A stretch of DNA of 59,390 nucleotides, counting the filler. It is 4 parts of 4 records of this genome, joined end to end, with 100 filler letters (N's around TTAATTAATTAA, not from the genome) between each part and the next. Parts side by side here need not be neighbours in the genome. Positions count along the whole stretch, not along the records: positions 43,334 to 53,681 come from SRR20825006_2831; positions 53,782 to 59,390 come from SRR20825006_2861; 2 more parts are not named here. One strand, given 5' to 3'. Shown here one piece after another: positions 47,640 through 57,668 of this stretch; position 1 is the stretch's first letter; the number at the start of each line of letters is the position of its first letter. Below the pieces are notes generated by a model. The model saw nothing but the letters and a program-made list of their open reading frames with translations. It searched no databases and was not told where the DNA came from. Made by a program: the position numbers and the translations under genes.

Positions 47640-47677
47640 CTGTCAGGGAATATAGCCCGTTTGACATACCCTGACAG
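47640..47677 (-). promoter_or_regulatory. Putative pqi promoter embedded in an inverted repeat
   Basis: Minus strand CTGTCA-N17-TATATT; arms CTGTCAGGG (47640-48) / CCCTGACAG (47669-77). Confidence 0.4.
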
Positions 47678-47725
47678 GGCTTGCGGCGTCATACTTTGGA
47701 AAATCGCGCAGATTTTTGCCTGCGC

Positions 47726-50700
47726 TCAAATCCCTTGCGCCGCCTCCAGTTCCGATTGCAGCCGGGCCTCTTCATGTGCCTTGGGCGTGGCAAAGCGGGC
47801 GAGCAGCAGATAGGCCACCGGCGTCAGGTACAGCGTCGACAGCGTCGCCATCCCCAGCCCGCCGACAATGACCCAACCCAGAGCCTCGCGGGCCTCGGCG
47901 CCGGCGCCTGCGGACAGGATCAGCGGAATGCCCCCCACCACGGTCGAGGTCATGGTCATCATCACAGGCCGCAGCCGGATGGTCGAGGCATTCAGGATCG
48001 CGTCGTGCACGCTGTCGCCTTTGTCGCGCAGCTGGTTGGCAAACTCGACGATCAGGATCCCGTTCTTGGCCATGATCCCGATCAGCATTACCAATCCGAT
48101 CTGGCTGTAGACGTTCAGGCTTTGCCCCGTCAGCAACAGCGCAAAGACTGCACAGGCCAGCCCCAGCGGCACCGTCGCCATCACCACCACCGCCGAGATA
48201 AAGCTTTCGAATTGCGCGGCCAGCACCAGGAACACGACCAGAATGGCAAAGCCGAAAGTCAGGAAGATGCCCGAATTCGTCTGGTCCAGCGTCGCCGCTT
48301 CGGCCAGCGGCACGATGCGGTTGTTTTCGGCCAGAACCGTGTCGCCAATGTTGCGGACCTCTGCCAGCGCATCGCCCAGCGACAGATCGGGCGTCAGCCC
48401 CGCCGTCAACTCGACCGACCGGTTCTGCCCCTCGCGGTCCAGTTCGGGGGCAACCGCGCGTTCTTCCAGTGTCACGAAGCTGGCCAGCGGCACCATCAGG
48501 TCGTTGCCCGACTGGACAAAGATATTCTCAAGATCGCGCGGATCATTCACCGGCGTCGAGGTCGACAGCATTTTCACGTCAAAGCTTTTGTCGTCGATGA
48601 ACACCGACCCTACCGTGCGCCCGTCCAGCATGGCCTGCAACGCCTGACCCAGCCCGGTGATGTCGATCCCCAGATCGGCGGCCAGCGCACGGTCGATCTG
48701 CACGAACAACTGCGGTTGCGTGCGTTCGTATTCCAGCCGGACCTGCCCCATGTCGGGGTTCTGGCTCAACTGCGCGACCATCTCCTCGGCGACCTGGCTC
48801 AGCTGGTCATAGCTGTCTCCGGTGATCGCAAAGGCCAGCCCGCGCCCCGCACCGCGAATGCCCAGCGAGTTGGGCTGGATTGCAAAGGCCCGCACCCCGA
48901 TGATCCCGCCCAGCTTGCCGTTGATCTCGCCCACGATATCCTGCTGGCTGCGGGCGCGGTCTTCCCATTTTGCCAGTGTGAACACCATGAACCCACGGTT
49001 GTCCGCACCAAAGCCGGTGATCGAAAACACATTGGTGATCTCGCCTGCCTCTTGCATCGGGGCGACGATTTCTTCGATCTCGCGCATCTTGCCACGGGTG
49101 TAATCCAGCGACACGCCCTGCGGCGCGGTGACGCTCAGCAAGGCGACGGCGCGGTCCTCGGCAGGGGTCAGCTCCTGCCGGATGCTGCCCGCCATCATCG
49201 CGGCGGTGGCGGCGACAATTGCCGCGATCAGCACGATCACGAACGGCATCGCCAGCGCACCGCGCAGGCTGGTCTCGTAGAGCCGCATCAACCGGTTGCC
49301 CAACCAGATCATCGGTCCACGTGCGTTCTGGTCGGGAGCTTTGGTCAACATGCGGCTTGCCAGCACCGGACACAGGCTCAGCGCCACAACCGACGACAAC
49401 AGCACCGCCATCGCCAGCGTAAAGCCGAACTCGCGGAACAGCCCGCCCGCCTGTCCGGGCAGGAACGACAGCGGCACGAACACCGCAGCAAGGGTCGCGG
49501 TGGTGGTCACGACGGCAAAGAACACCTGCGCCGTGCCGTTTACGGCAGCGGCCCGTGGCCCCATGCCCGCCGCGCGCTGACGCACGATGTTTTCCAGCAC
49601 CACGATGGCGTCATCCACCACCATCCCCGTGGCCAGCACCAGCGCCAGCAAGGTCAGGATGTTGACGGAAAACCCAACCATATAGATTGCAGCCAGCGTG
49701 CCGATCAGCGCCACGGGCAAGGTCAGTGTCGGGATCAGCGTCGCACGAAAGTCGCGCAGGAACAGAAAGATCACCGCAATCACGATGGCCACAGCCCAGC
49801 CCAGCGTTTTCAGCACCTCTTCGATCGACCCCTGGATAAAGATCGCATCGTCCGAGGTGACCGCGATCGTGACATCCTCGGGCAGGGTCTGATTCAGCTC
49901 GGCCACCACGGCGCGCACGCCAGCCGAAATCTCCAGCGTGTTCGAGGTCGCCTGACGGATCACACCGATGCCCAGACCCTGCTGCCCGTTGGCCCGCAGC
50001 ACGGTTTCCCCCGGCGCAGGTCCAAGGGTGACGGTGGCCACATCGCCGACCTTGACGTCCCGCTTGATCTCCAGCGCTTCAAAGGCGGCGGTGGTGGCGA
50101 CCGTGGCCGTGGTCCGCACATTGATCGACTGGCGATCCCCCGCCAGATCACCTGCAGGCGTGTCAAAGGCCAGGTTTGACAGAGCGCGCTGCATGTCGCC
50201 CAGCGTCAGGCCCCGGCTGGCCAGCTTCAGCTGGTCGATGTCCACGCGAAAGATGGGCTCGCGGTCGCCGTAGATTTGCAGATCGGCAACGCCGTCGATG
50301 GAAATCAGCCGGTCCTCGATCCGGTCCTGCACGATGGTGGTCAGTTCCTGCGGCGACCGGCCTGCCGAGGTGACGGCGATGCGCATCACCGGTTGGGCGT
50401 TGGCATCGGCCTTGACGATCTCGGGCTGGTCGGCGGTTTCGGGCAACTGGTTGACGATCCGCGCCACCGCATCACGCACGTCTGTCGCGGCCACGTCGAT
50501 GTCGACGCTGTCGTTGAATTCCAGCGTCACCCGCGACCGGCCAAAGCGCGAGTTGGACGAGATCGACCGCACTCCGGACACCCGTCCCACTGCGCCCTCG
50601 ATCCGCCCGGTCAACTCCTGGTCAACCGTTTCAGGCGAGGCCCCGTCAAACCGCGTGGTGACGGTGACAACGGGCCGGTCCACGTTGGGCAGTTCGCGGA

Positions 50701-50821
50701 TTTCCGCACCGAACAATCCCGCGACACCGGCCAGCACGATCAGCGCATTCAGCACAAAGGCCAGGATTGGCCTGCGCACGAACAGCGCCGTGCCCGAGGA
50801 TGACGTCGCTTGCGTGCTCAC
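47726..50821 (-). CDS. RND efflux permease (AcrB/AcrD/AcrF family)
   Basis: FVRRP, ELP.VD.P, GASPE, NILTL.ALVLA.GMVVDDAIVVLENI, LAAQFES, G..AKNGILIVEFA, RLRP..MT; 1031 aa. Confidence 0.97.
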   Translation of the reverse strand: MSTQATSSSGTALFVRRPILAFVLNALIVLAGVAGLFGAEIRELPNVDRPVVTVTTRFDGASPETVDQELTGRIEGAVGRVSGVRSISSNSRFGRSRVTLEFNDSVDIDVAATDVRDAVARIVNQLPETADQPEIVKADANAQPVMRIAVTSAGRSPQELTTIVQDRIEDRLISIDGVADLQIYGDREPIFRVDIDQLKLASRGLTLGDMQRALSNLAFDTPAGDLAGDRQSINVRTTATVATTAAFEALEIKRDVKVGDVATVTLGPAPGETVLRANGQQGLGIGVIRQATSNTLEISAGVRAVVAELNQTLPEDVTIAVTSDDAIFIQGSIEEVLKTLGWAVAIVIAVIFLFLRDFRATLIPTLTLPVALIGTLAAIYMVGFSVNILTLLALVLATGMVVDDAIVVLENIVRQRAAGMGPRAAAVNGTAQVFFAVVTTTATLAAVFVPLSFLPGQAGGLFREFGFTLAMAVLLSSVVALSLCPVLASRMLTKAPDQNARGPMIWLGNRLMRLYETSLRGALAMPFVIVLIAAIVAATAAMMAGSIRQELTPAEDRAVALLSVTAPQGVSLDYTRGKMREIEEIVAPMQEAGEITNVFSITGFGADNRGFMVFTLAKWEDRARSQQDIVGEINGKLGGIIGVRAFAIQPNSLGIRGAGRGLAFAITGDSYDQLSQVAEEMVAQLSQNPDMGQVRLEYERTQPQLFVQIDRALAADLGIDITGLGQALQAMLDGRTVGSVFIDDKSFDVKMLSTSTPVNDPRDLENIFVQSGNDLMVPLASFVTLEERAVAPELDREGQNRSVELTAGLTPDLSLGDALAEVRNIGDTVLAENNRIVPLAEAATLDQTNSGIFLTFGFAILVVFLVLAAQFESFISAVVVMATVPLGLACAVFALLLTGQSLNVYSQIGLVMLIGIMAKNGILIVEFANQLRDKGDSVHDAILNASTIRLRPVMMTMTSTVVGGIPLILSAGAGAEAREALGWVIVGGLGMATLSTLYLTPVAYLLLARFATPKAHEEARLQSELEAAQGI

Positions 50822-51987
50822 AGCGTGCCACCGCGTGTGGTTTCCTCATCCGCAAGCGCCGATGCCGCGTCGGTACGCGGGCTGACCTCGGCGCTGTTGC
50901 GCAAGGATTGCACGCCTTCGGTCACCACTTCGTCGTCAGCGGCCAACCCGTCGGCCCGCACCAGCACGGCATCGCTGTTGCGCTGCACGATCTCGACGCT
51001 GGCCTGGGCGACCTTGCCGTCACGCACCACCCAGACAAAGGGGCCCTCGCTGGACCATTGCACTGCCAGCGGCGTAATCGACAGCAGGGTTTCGCCGGGA
51101 AAGGACAGGTTGACCGAAAATGCCATGCCCGCGCGCAGCAGGTCCGCGTCATTGGGCACGCTGCCTTGAACCAGAAGCGTGCGGCTGGCGCGATCCACGA
51201 CGCTGTCGATCACACTGATTTCGCCCTCAAGCTCTGTTCCGGGCTGGCCCAGCGGTGTGGCAATGATCGGTTGGCCCACGGCAATCTGACCCACGACACG
51301 TTCCGGCACGCGAAAGTCAATCAGGATGTCGGACCGGTCGGTGATCGTTACCAGCACATCCTGTGCGTTCACGCGGTCGCCTTCTTCCAGATCGATGATG
51401 CCCACCCAGCCGCTGATCGGCGCGGTAATCTGGCGCTGGGACAGGTCGAACTTGGCTTGCCGCACGGCCAGTTCGGCGCTGCGCAGCGCCAGTTGGCTTT
51501 CGCGCAGACGCACTTCGGTCACCGCGCCCGAGGTTTCCAGCTGCGTGATGCGCTTCGCTTCGGTGCTGGCGTTTTCATATTCGATCTCCGCCTGTTCCAG
51601 CGCGATCTTTTCCGCTTCGTCCTGCAGGTGGGCGATGATGGTCCCGGCCTGCACATAGTTGCCAGAGGCAAGAGGCAGTTCGGTGATCGTGCCCACCGCG
51701 CTGGACCGCACCGTGACCGAGCGTCGCGCGCGCCCGTCGCCAATGGCCGTGATCCGGTCGGCGCGGGCCTGTTCGGCCACACGCGCGGTCACAACCGGCA
51801 CCGCAACACCGCCTTGCCGACGGCCCTGGGCTGCGGCCTCTTGCGGGGCAGGGGGTGTCATGCCCAGCAGGTCGTAAACACCCACCCGCGCAAGAAAGGG
51901 CTGTGCTGCGGGCACAAAGGCAATCCACACATATACCCCCACAGCGAGGACAATCAGCATCAGAACAATCTGGCGAAGCGCTTTCAT
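50818..51987 (-). CDS. RND periplasmic adaptor (membrane fusion protein)
   Basis: N-terminal TM, G.I..L....G..V..G, ITAP.SG.VG, F.VPE, VD..SRT, LRAGM, V..G; 4-nt overlap with the permease. Confidence 0.95.
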   Translation of the reverse strand: MKALRQIVLMLIVLAVGVYVWIAFVPAAQPFLARVGVYDLLGMTPPAPQEAAAQGRRQGGVAVPVVTARVAEQARADRITAIGDGRARRSVTVRSSAVGTITELPLASGNYVQAGTIIAHLQDEAEKIALEQAEIEYENASTEAKRITQLETSGAVTEVRLRESQLALRSAELAVRQAKFDLSQRQITAPISGWVGIIDLEEGDRVNAQDVLVTITDRSDILIDFRVPERVVGQIAVGQPIIATPLGQPGTELEGEISVIDSVVDRASRTLLVQGSVPNDADLLRAGMAFSVNLSFPGETLLSITPLAVQWSSEGPFVWVVRDGKVAQASVEIVQRNSDAVLVRADGLAADDEVVTEGVQSLRNSAEVSPRTDAASALADEETTRGGTL

Positions 51988-52345
51988 CAACGGGGGCTTT
52001 CGTCTGGTTGCGGGCGAGTGGTATCATGAATTGTCTGCGCACAAATAGCACGTCAAATCGCTGTGTCCCGCCCCCTGCGCCCCATGGTCGCGGCCAGATG
52101 CTGCAATCCGGGCACCGTGCTCCATTTCCGGCCGGAACCTGCAGCGCCAGGTCAGGCATAGATGCTTGATACCACACCTAAATTTTTGAGCGCCTGTTGT
52201 GTTACAGTGCACGCAAAAAGTGATGTATTACTTTGCGTTCAACGCATGGACATTCCCCAAGAGCAGTGTTTATCAAGTTGCAGAAGCCCTTTTGACACCA
52301 CAGATCAGACAGGCTTGGCGACATTTCAATTCGGGAGGAAACATC

Positions 52346-53440
52346 GTGGATCGTCGTTCTTTTATTCGTACAGCAGGTGTAATGGGGGCAGGTGCCGCGG
52401 CATCGACGCTGGCCGCACCCGCCGTTGCCCAGGGCAACATCACATGGCGCATGGTGACCACATGGCCAAAGAACTTTCCCGGTCTGGGCGTCGGCGCACA
52501 GCGCCTTGCTGACCGCATCACCGCCGCATCCGGTGGCCGTCTGACCGTTCAGGTCTTTTCGGCAGGCGAGCTTGTGCCGCCGCTGCAATCGCTGGACGCT
52601 GTCATCGACGGCACCGCCGAGATGAGCCACGGCGCCGCCTACTACTGGCAGAACAAATCGCCCGCGCTGTCGTTCTTCACCGGCGTGCCTTACGGCATGA
52701 CCACGCCCGAGCTGACCGCATGGGTCCGCTTCCTGGGCGGTCAGGAAATCTGGGACGAAATCTATGACCAGTTCGGCGTTCAGGGCTTCTTGTCGGGCAA
52801 CACCGGCACGCAGGCCGGCGGCTGGTTCCGCGACGAGCTGAACAGCGTCGAGGACGTCAAGGGCATCCGCTTCCGTACACCCGGTCTGGGTGGTCGTGTC
52901 TGGGAAAAACTGGGCGCAACCGTCACCAACATGGCAGCGGGCGAAATCTTCCAGGCGCTGCAATCGGGCACGCTGGACGCGGCCGAATTCGTTGGCCCCT
53001 ACAACGATCTGGCGCTGGGCTTCCATCAGGTCGCCAAGAACTACTACATGCCGTCCTTCGTCGAGCCGGGTCTTGCGACCGAACTGGTCGTGGACAAGAA
53101 GAAATACCAGGAGCTGCCCGACGATCTCCAAGCGATCATCCGTGATGTGAGCCAGGCGGAATACGATCAGGTTGCGTCGGACTTTGTCGCCAACGACCCG
53201 CGCGCGCTGAAAACGCTGGTCGACGACCACGGCGTGATCGTTCGTGCCTTCCCCGATGACATCATGGAAGCCGGTGCCAAGGCGTCGGTCGAAGTGATCG
53301 AGGAGCTGCGCAACAGCGACGACCCGCTGGTGAAAAAGACCACGGAAAGCTTCATCGAGGCGCTGAACCTGGTACGCGTCCGCACCGAGACCATCGACTC
53401 GCCGCTGGTTGCAGCACGTCAGAAGTACCTGAAGTACTGA
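52346..53440 (+). CDS. dctP: TRAP substrate-binding protein (TakP/DctP type), Tat-exported
   Basis: GGGAGG RBS + GTG; DRRSFI, LAAPAVAQ, WRMVTTWPK, AGELVP, HGAAYYW, GNTG.Q.GGWF, DAAEFVGP..D..LG. Confidence 0.95.
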   Translation: MDRRSFIRTAGVMGAGAAASTLAAPAVAQGNITWRMVTTWPKNFPGLGVGAQRLADRITAASGGRLTVQVFSAGELVPPLQSLDAVIDGTAEMSHGAAYYWQNKSPALSFFTGVPYGMTTPELTAWVRFLGGQEIWDEIYDQFGVQGFLSGNTGTQAGGWFRDELNSVEDVKGIRFRTPGLGGRVWEKLGATVTNMAAGEIFQALQSGTLDAAEFVGPYNDLALGFHQVAKNYYMPSFVEPGLATELVVDKKKYQELPDDLQAIIRDVSQAEYDQVASDFVANDPRALKTLVDDHGVIVRAFPDDIMEAGAKASVEVIEELRNSDDPLVKKTTESFIEALNLVRVRTETIDSPLVAARQKYLKY

Positions 53441-53462
53441 CCCCAAGCGATCCGACAAAACG

Positions 53463-53493
53463 AAAAGGCCCGGTGGAAACACCGGGCCTTTTT
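53463..53493. terminator. Bidirectional rho-independent terminator
   Basis: AAAAGGCCCGGTG-GAAA-CACCGGGCCTTTTT between convergent dctP and dctM. Confidence 0.9.
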
Positions 53494-53515
53494 GCATTTC
53501 GGGGGGTGTGATCGC

Positions 53516-53681
53516 CTAGCTGGCGATCAACCGTGGCAGCCATGTGACCAGTTCCGGGAACGCAAACAGGATCGCAATCGCCACGATCTGCAGCATCACG
53601 AAGGGCAGGATGCCCTTGTAGATCGCGCTGGTCGGCAGTTCGGCCGGGGCCACGCCGCGCAGATAGAACAGCGCAAAGCCG
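53516..53681 (-). CDS. dctM: TRAP large permease, C-terminal fragment (not in ORF track)
   Basis: GFALFYLRGVAPAELPTSAIYKGILPFVMLQIVAIAILFAFPELVTWLPRLIAS*. Confidence 0.9.
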
Positions 53682-53781
53682 NNNNNNNNNNNNNNNNNNN
53701 NNNNNNNNNNNNNNNNNNNNNNNNNTTAATTAATTAANNNNNNNNNNNNNNNNNNNNNNNNNNNNNNNNNNNNNNNNNNNN
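53682..53781. other. Artificial contig-joining linker
   Basis: 44 N + TTAATTAATTAA + 44 N. Confidence 0.99.
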
Positions 53782-54908
53782 CTCAGCTGACGCCGAACCA
53801 AGTCGACATAGGCGGGATACACACCGGCCAGCGCTGAACTTTTGGAGAGACTCAGCGGTTCCTTTTTCCACGCTTCAAGTTGCTCGGCGTTCAGCCAACC
53901 CTCTTCGGCCAGCTCGGCCAATACGGTGTTGCGGCGCGACGTGGCGCGCTGCGGATGACGCCAGGGGTCGTAATAGGAAGGGCCTTTCACCAGCCCTACC
54001 AGCATCGAGACCTGGGCGAGATCCAGCTCTTGCAGGGGGCGGTTAAAATAATGCCTGGCCGCGAGGCCAAAACCATGAATCGCGCGATTGCCCTCTTGCC
54101 CGAGATAGACCTCATTGATGTAGGCTTCAAGGATGCGGTCCTTGCTGTAGTGCAGCTCGGTGAGCAGCGACATCGCCGCTTCTTTGAATTTGCGCCATAG
54201 GCTTCGCTCATTGGTGAGCAGGGTGTTTTTCACCAGCTGCTGCGTCAGGGTGCTGCCGCCCTGCACTGTGCGCCCGGCTTTAATATTCACAATCAGGGCG
54301 CGGGCAATACTGCGCGGCGACAAGCCAAAGTGGGAATAGAAATGCCGGTCTTCCACCTGTAACAGGGTTTCCACCAACATCTCCGGCACCTCGTCCAGAG
54401 ACAGCATCAGGCGGTCTTCGTGACGCCCGGGATAGACGCCACCGATAACCGTTGGGTCCAGCTGTTCTTCAGCAATACGCTCGCCCAGCGCGTTGCGCAC
54501 GACGCGTACCGTGGTCGCCGCCATTTCCACGGTGATTTTTTTCGCTTTGCGATGACCATCAGCAAAATCGAAAGGCCGCAGGTAAATCGTAAACATGTCG
54601 CCTTGACGCAAATAGCTGCCGGGCTCATTCACCAGGCGCAGCTGGCGGTAACCTAAATTTCGTAGCTCTTCTTCCAGCTCGTAACTGGTAAGCACCGCCC
54701 CGGATGCCAACACCAAGGGCCGGGCATATACCTTTGCCGGCTGGTCATAGCGCTGAGGGTCGAAGGCGCCGCGCACCTTGGCGTCGCAATAGGCAAAGAA
54801 GACAAGCAGCGGAACCAGCCCGGCGATTGCCAGTTTGACAAACAGCCCTCGCCAGCTGGTCGGGCGAGGTAGCCGAAAGCGGCGCCGATGGTTATTTTTC
54901 TTGGGCAT
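53782..54908 (-). CDS. mrcB: Penicillin-binding protein 1B, N-terminal part (UB2H + transglycosylase), truncated
   Basis: PAKVYARPL, UB2H (LGY..PG.Y..R.FDF.DG), EDRHFY.H.G, QGGSTLTQQLVKN, RK.KEA, SK..ILE.Y.NEVYLGQ, KGPSYY.P.R. Confidence 0.95.
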
Positions 54909-54987
54909 GAAAACTCTCGTTGAATTGCAAATCCCACGTGGGCGCGGATAATAGCGCGCACTTTACTGCAAGTTATTGGCAAATAAG

Positions 54988-55989
54988 ATGAAAAAATATC
55001 ACGTTTACGGCATCGGCGCGGCATTGGTCGACACGGAAATTCAAGTCCAAGACAGTGAACTCACTGAAATGGGCGTTGAAAAAGGCTTGATGACACTGGT
55101 CGATGAGGCCCGCCAACAGGAATTGTTGGACAAGCTTGAAGGCCACCTAGTTCACTCTCGCCAGGCCAGCGGTGGCTCGGGCTGCAACTCGGTTGTTGCC
55201 GCTGCCTACTTTGGTGCCAAGGGCTACTATTCCTGCAAGGTCGCCGCCGACAGTCACGGCGATTTCTTCCTAAACGATATACGCGACGCCGGTGTTGATT
55301 CAGGTTTCGACGCCGAGCGCGATGGCGGTATTACCGGAAAATGCCTGGTATTGATCAGCCCGGATGCCGAGCGCAGCATGAATACCCACTTGGGCATTAG
55401 CGCTGAGCTCTCGGTCAAAGAGCTCAACGAAGCCGCCCTTGCCGACTCTGCCTACTACTACATGGAAGGCTACCTGGTTACCTCTGACTCAGGGCGCGCG
55501 GCGGCAATTCGCGGCCGTCAGGTTGCAGAACAAAACGGCGTTAAAACCGCGCTGAGTTTCTCTGACCCGGGCATGGTGGAGTTTTTCCGCGACGGCCTCA
55601 GCGACATGCTCGGCGACGGCGTCGACCTGCTTTTCTGCAACGAAGCCGAGGCCTTGCAGTGGGCCGGTAGCGAATCACTGGATGACGCAGTGAGCGCAAT
55701 CAAGCAGGTTGCCAAGCAGTTTGCCATCACCCTGGGTGCCAAGGGTGCATTGGTTTTTGATGGCGAGCAGCTGCACTCCATCGCGCCCTGCAAGGTCAAC
55801 GCGGTAGATACCAACGGCGCCGGTGATATGTTCGCAGGCGCCTTCCTCTACGCTATCAGCCACGGCCACAGCGCTGAAGCGGCCGGTAAACTTGCCAGTC
55901 GCGCCGCAGCGGAAGTGGTGTCTGATTACGGCCCTCGCCTGCCTGGCCCCAAGCACGTTGAGCTGCGCCAAGAAGTACTTGGCCAGTAA
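54988..55989 (+). CDS. PfkB family carbohydrate/adenosine kinase
   Basis: GIGAALVD, KG.MTLVD, SGGS..N, DAER.M.T.LG, EGYL, F.NE.EA, AVDTNGAGDMFAG. Confidence 0.95.
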   Translation: MKKYHVYGIGAALVDTEIQVQDSELTEMGVEKGLMTLVDEARQQELLDKLEGHLVHSRQASGGSGCNSVVAAAYFGAKGYYSCKVAADSHGDFFLNDIRDAGVDSGFDAERDGGITGKCLVLISPDAERSMNTHLGISAELSVKELNEAALADSAYYYMEGYLVTSDSGRAAAIRGRQVAEQNGVKTALSFSDPGMVEFFRDGLSDMLGDGVDLLFCNEAEALQWAGSESLDDAVSAIKQVAKQFAITLGAKGALVFDGEQLHSIAPCKVNAVDTNGAGDMFAGAFLYAISHGHSAEAAGKLASRAAAEVVSDYGPRLPGPKHVELRQEVLGQ

Positions 55990-55990
55990 C

Positions 55991-56018
55991 AAAAAAGGCG
56001 CCTCGCGGCGCCTTTTTT
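55991..56018. terminator. Bidirectional rho-independent terminator
   Basis: AAAAAAGGCGCC-TCGC-GGCGCCTTTTTT between convergent genes. Confidence 0.9.
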
Positions 56019-56033
56019 ATTGTTTCCCGGCAA

Positions 56034-56627
56034 TCATTTTCCAAGCAGAAAACTCTGCAACTGCGGGTCGGCAAGCATGCTTTCCAGCACATCAACCACC
56101 AGGCTGTTCACCAGTTCTTCATTGTGTGGCTCGCTGGGAGCATTGAAAAACTTCTCCTTGCGTTTCACACGGTAACGCCCCTCGTAACGGCTGTCACTGC
56201 GCGTTGCCTCGGCCTTTACCACCGCCAACATATCCATGTCGTGCCCAACCCCTTCCTGCTCTGGGTGGTTGTAAACCAGCGACTCAAACACAATATGCAG
56301 GTCGACGGTGTCGGCACTCAGGCTATCGACGTCAAAACCCAGCGCCTTCATTCGCGCCTTTAACACCGGCTGCACAGCCAGCGACAGGCTGTTTTCCAGG
56401 GTGATCAACGCCGTCTCCCGGTAGGCACCGCCGCGGCTGCCAAGAACCTTATTGCTGCGTCCATCGCTCACGCGTACATGTACTGGCTGGCCCTGGGCAA
56501 GCTGCTGCTCCGGCGCCTGCTCAAAGCTGGGCGCTACGGTAATTTTTTGCGGACTTTGCGCACACGCGGCCAATACCAAAACGGCGAGCACCGTCGATGC
56601 GTTTACTACTGCACGAGAAAGAACCAT
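56034..56627 (-). CDS. YajG-like lipoprotein
   Basis: Lipobox LAAC; SPQ...P, V.V.D.R....LGSRGG.Y, GF, AP...N..LVN, D..L..FL. Confidence 0.8.
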   Translation of the reverse strand: MVLSRAVVNASTVLAVLVLAACAQSPQKITVAPSFEQAPEQQLAQGQPVHVRVSDGRSNKVLGSRGGAYRETALITLENSLSLAVQPVLKARMKALGFDVDSLSADTVDLHIVFESLVYNHPEQEGVGHDMDMLAVVKAEATRSDSRYEGRYRVKRKEKFFNAPSEPHNEELVNSLVVDVLESMLADPQLQSFLLGK

Positions 56628-56630
56628 GAC

Positions 56631-57668
56631 TTATCCTTGAGCTAACAGATCGCGTAAATCAATAATGGCGGCGTTGGCGCGAGAAATGTACGACGCCATT
56701 ACCAAAGAGTGATTCGCCAATAGGCCGAAACCACTGCCATTCAACACCATTGGGCTGAACAACAATTGTTGAGTTCCCTCCAGCTCACGAATAATTTGTC
56801 GCAAGCTGACGGTCGCATTTTTATTTTCCAGCACATCGGCAAAGTCTTGTTCGGCCGCTTTCAAAAAATGAATCAGCGCCCATGCACTGCCCCGCGATTC
56901 AAAGAACACATTGTCGATCTGCAGCCACGGCGTTTTCACCCGCTGCTCAGAGGCCGACGGCGTAGACTGGCGCGCGCTGGGATCATTTGCCAGGTCGGTG
57001 TTAACCCGCGGACGCCCGACGCTGGCGCTGAGTCGCTGTGAGAGGCTGCCCAAGCGCGACTCAACCACGGCAAGCCAGTAACGCAGGTTATCGGCGCGCG
57101 CATAGAATTGTGCCTGGGGCTGGTCGACATCACTGAGGCGGCTGCGGTAGGCCTTGAGGTAGCGAATGCCCTGGTGGTACTCCGATTCGGAAGCCGGTAC
57201 CGCCCAACTGTTCGAGGAAAAATTAAAACGCGGCTCCGCCTTCGCAAGATCGGGGTCTTCCTGAGACTGGGACTGCGAACGGCTGTAACTTTCTCGCATG
57301 GCTCGACTCAGGTCGCGCACCTGCATCAACACGCCGTATTCCCATGCGGGCATATTGTCCATCAGCACGCCCGGGGGAGTAATGTCGTTGCTGAGGAAAC
57401 CGCCGGGCTTGTCGAGCAATATTTCAGCAACGTCAATCAACGCAGAGGTGGTCGCGGTGCCAACCACCGCGCGACTGCCATTGTCGCGGTCGTATTGCAG
57501 GGGCGGGTGATCCGGCGTCAGGCTCCAATACATACCGAAACCGGTTACCAAAAGAACATAAACGAGGCCGACAATACCGGCCAAACGCGCGACATTGCGA
57601 TTGCCAAGCCAGTCCTGCAGCGCCTCCTTGGCAGCAAAATAACCGTCGCTTAAACGCTGTTTTAACAT
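56631..57668 (-). CDS. DUF2333 family protein
   Basis: N-terminal TM + YWS..P; LL.KPGG.LSND..PP...MDNMP.WEYG.L.QVRD, SRSQSQS.ED.DL, RADNL, IDNVF.E.RG..WAL, NG..FG..ANHSLVMASY.SRANAA. Confidence 0.9.
   Translation of the reverse strand: MLKQRLSDGYFAAKEALQDWLGNRNVARLAGIVGLVYVLLVTGFGMYWSLTPDHPPLQYDRDNGSRAVVGTATTSALIDVAEILLDKPGGFLSNDITPPGVLMDNMPAWEYGVLMQVRDLSRAMRESYSRSQSQSQEDPDLAKAEPRFNFSSNSWAVPASESEYHQGIRYLKAYRSRLSDVDQPQAQFYARADNLRYWLAVVESRLGSLSQRLSASVGRPRVNTDLANDPSARQSTPSASEQRVKTPWLQIDNVFFESRGSAWALIHFLKAAEQDFADVLENKNATVSLRQIIRELEGTQQLLFSPMVLNGSGFGLLANHSLVMASYISRANAAIIDLRDLLAQG

Noticed and set aside
42712-53681. Idea that the dctP at 42712 and the dctM fragment at 53516 form one TRAP system
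   Set aside because: They are on different contigs separated by an artificial linker
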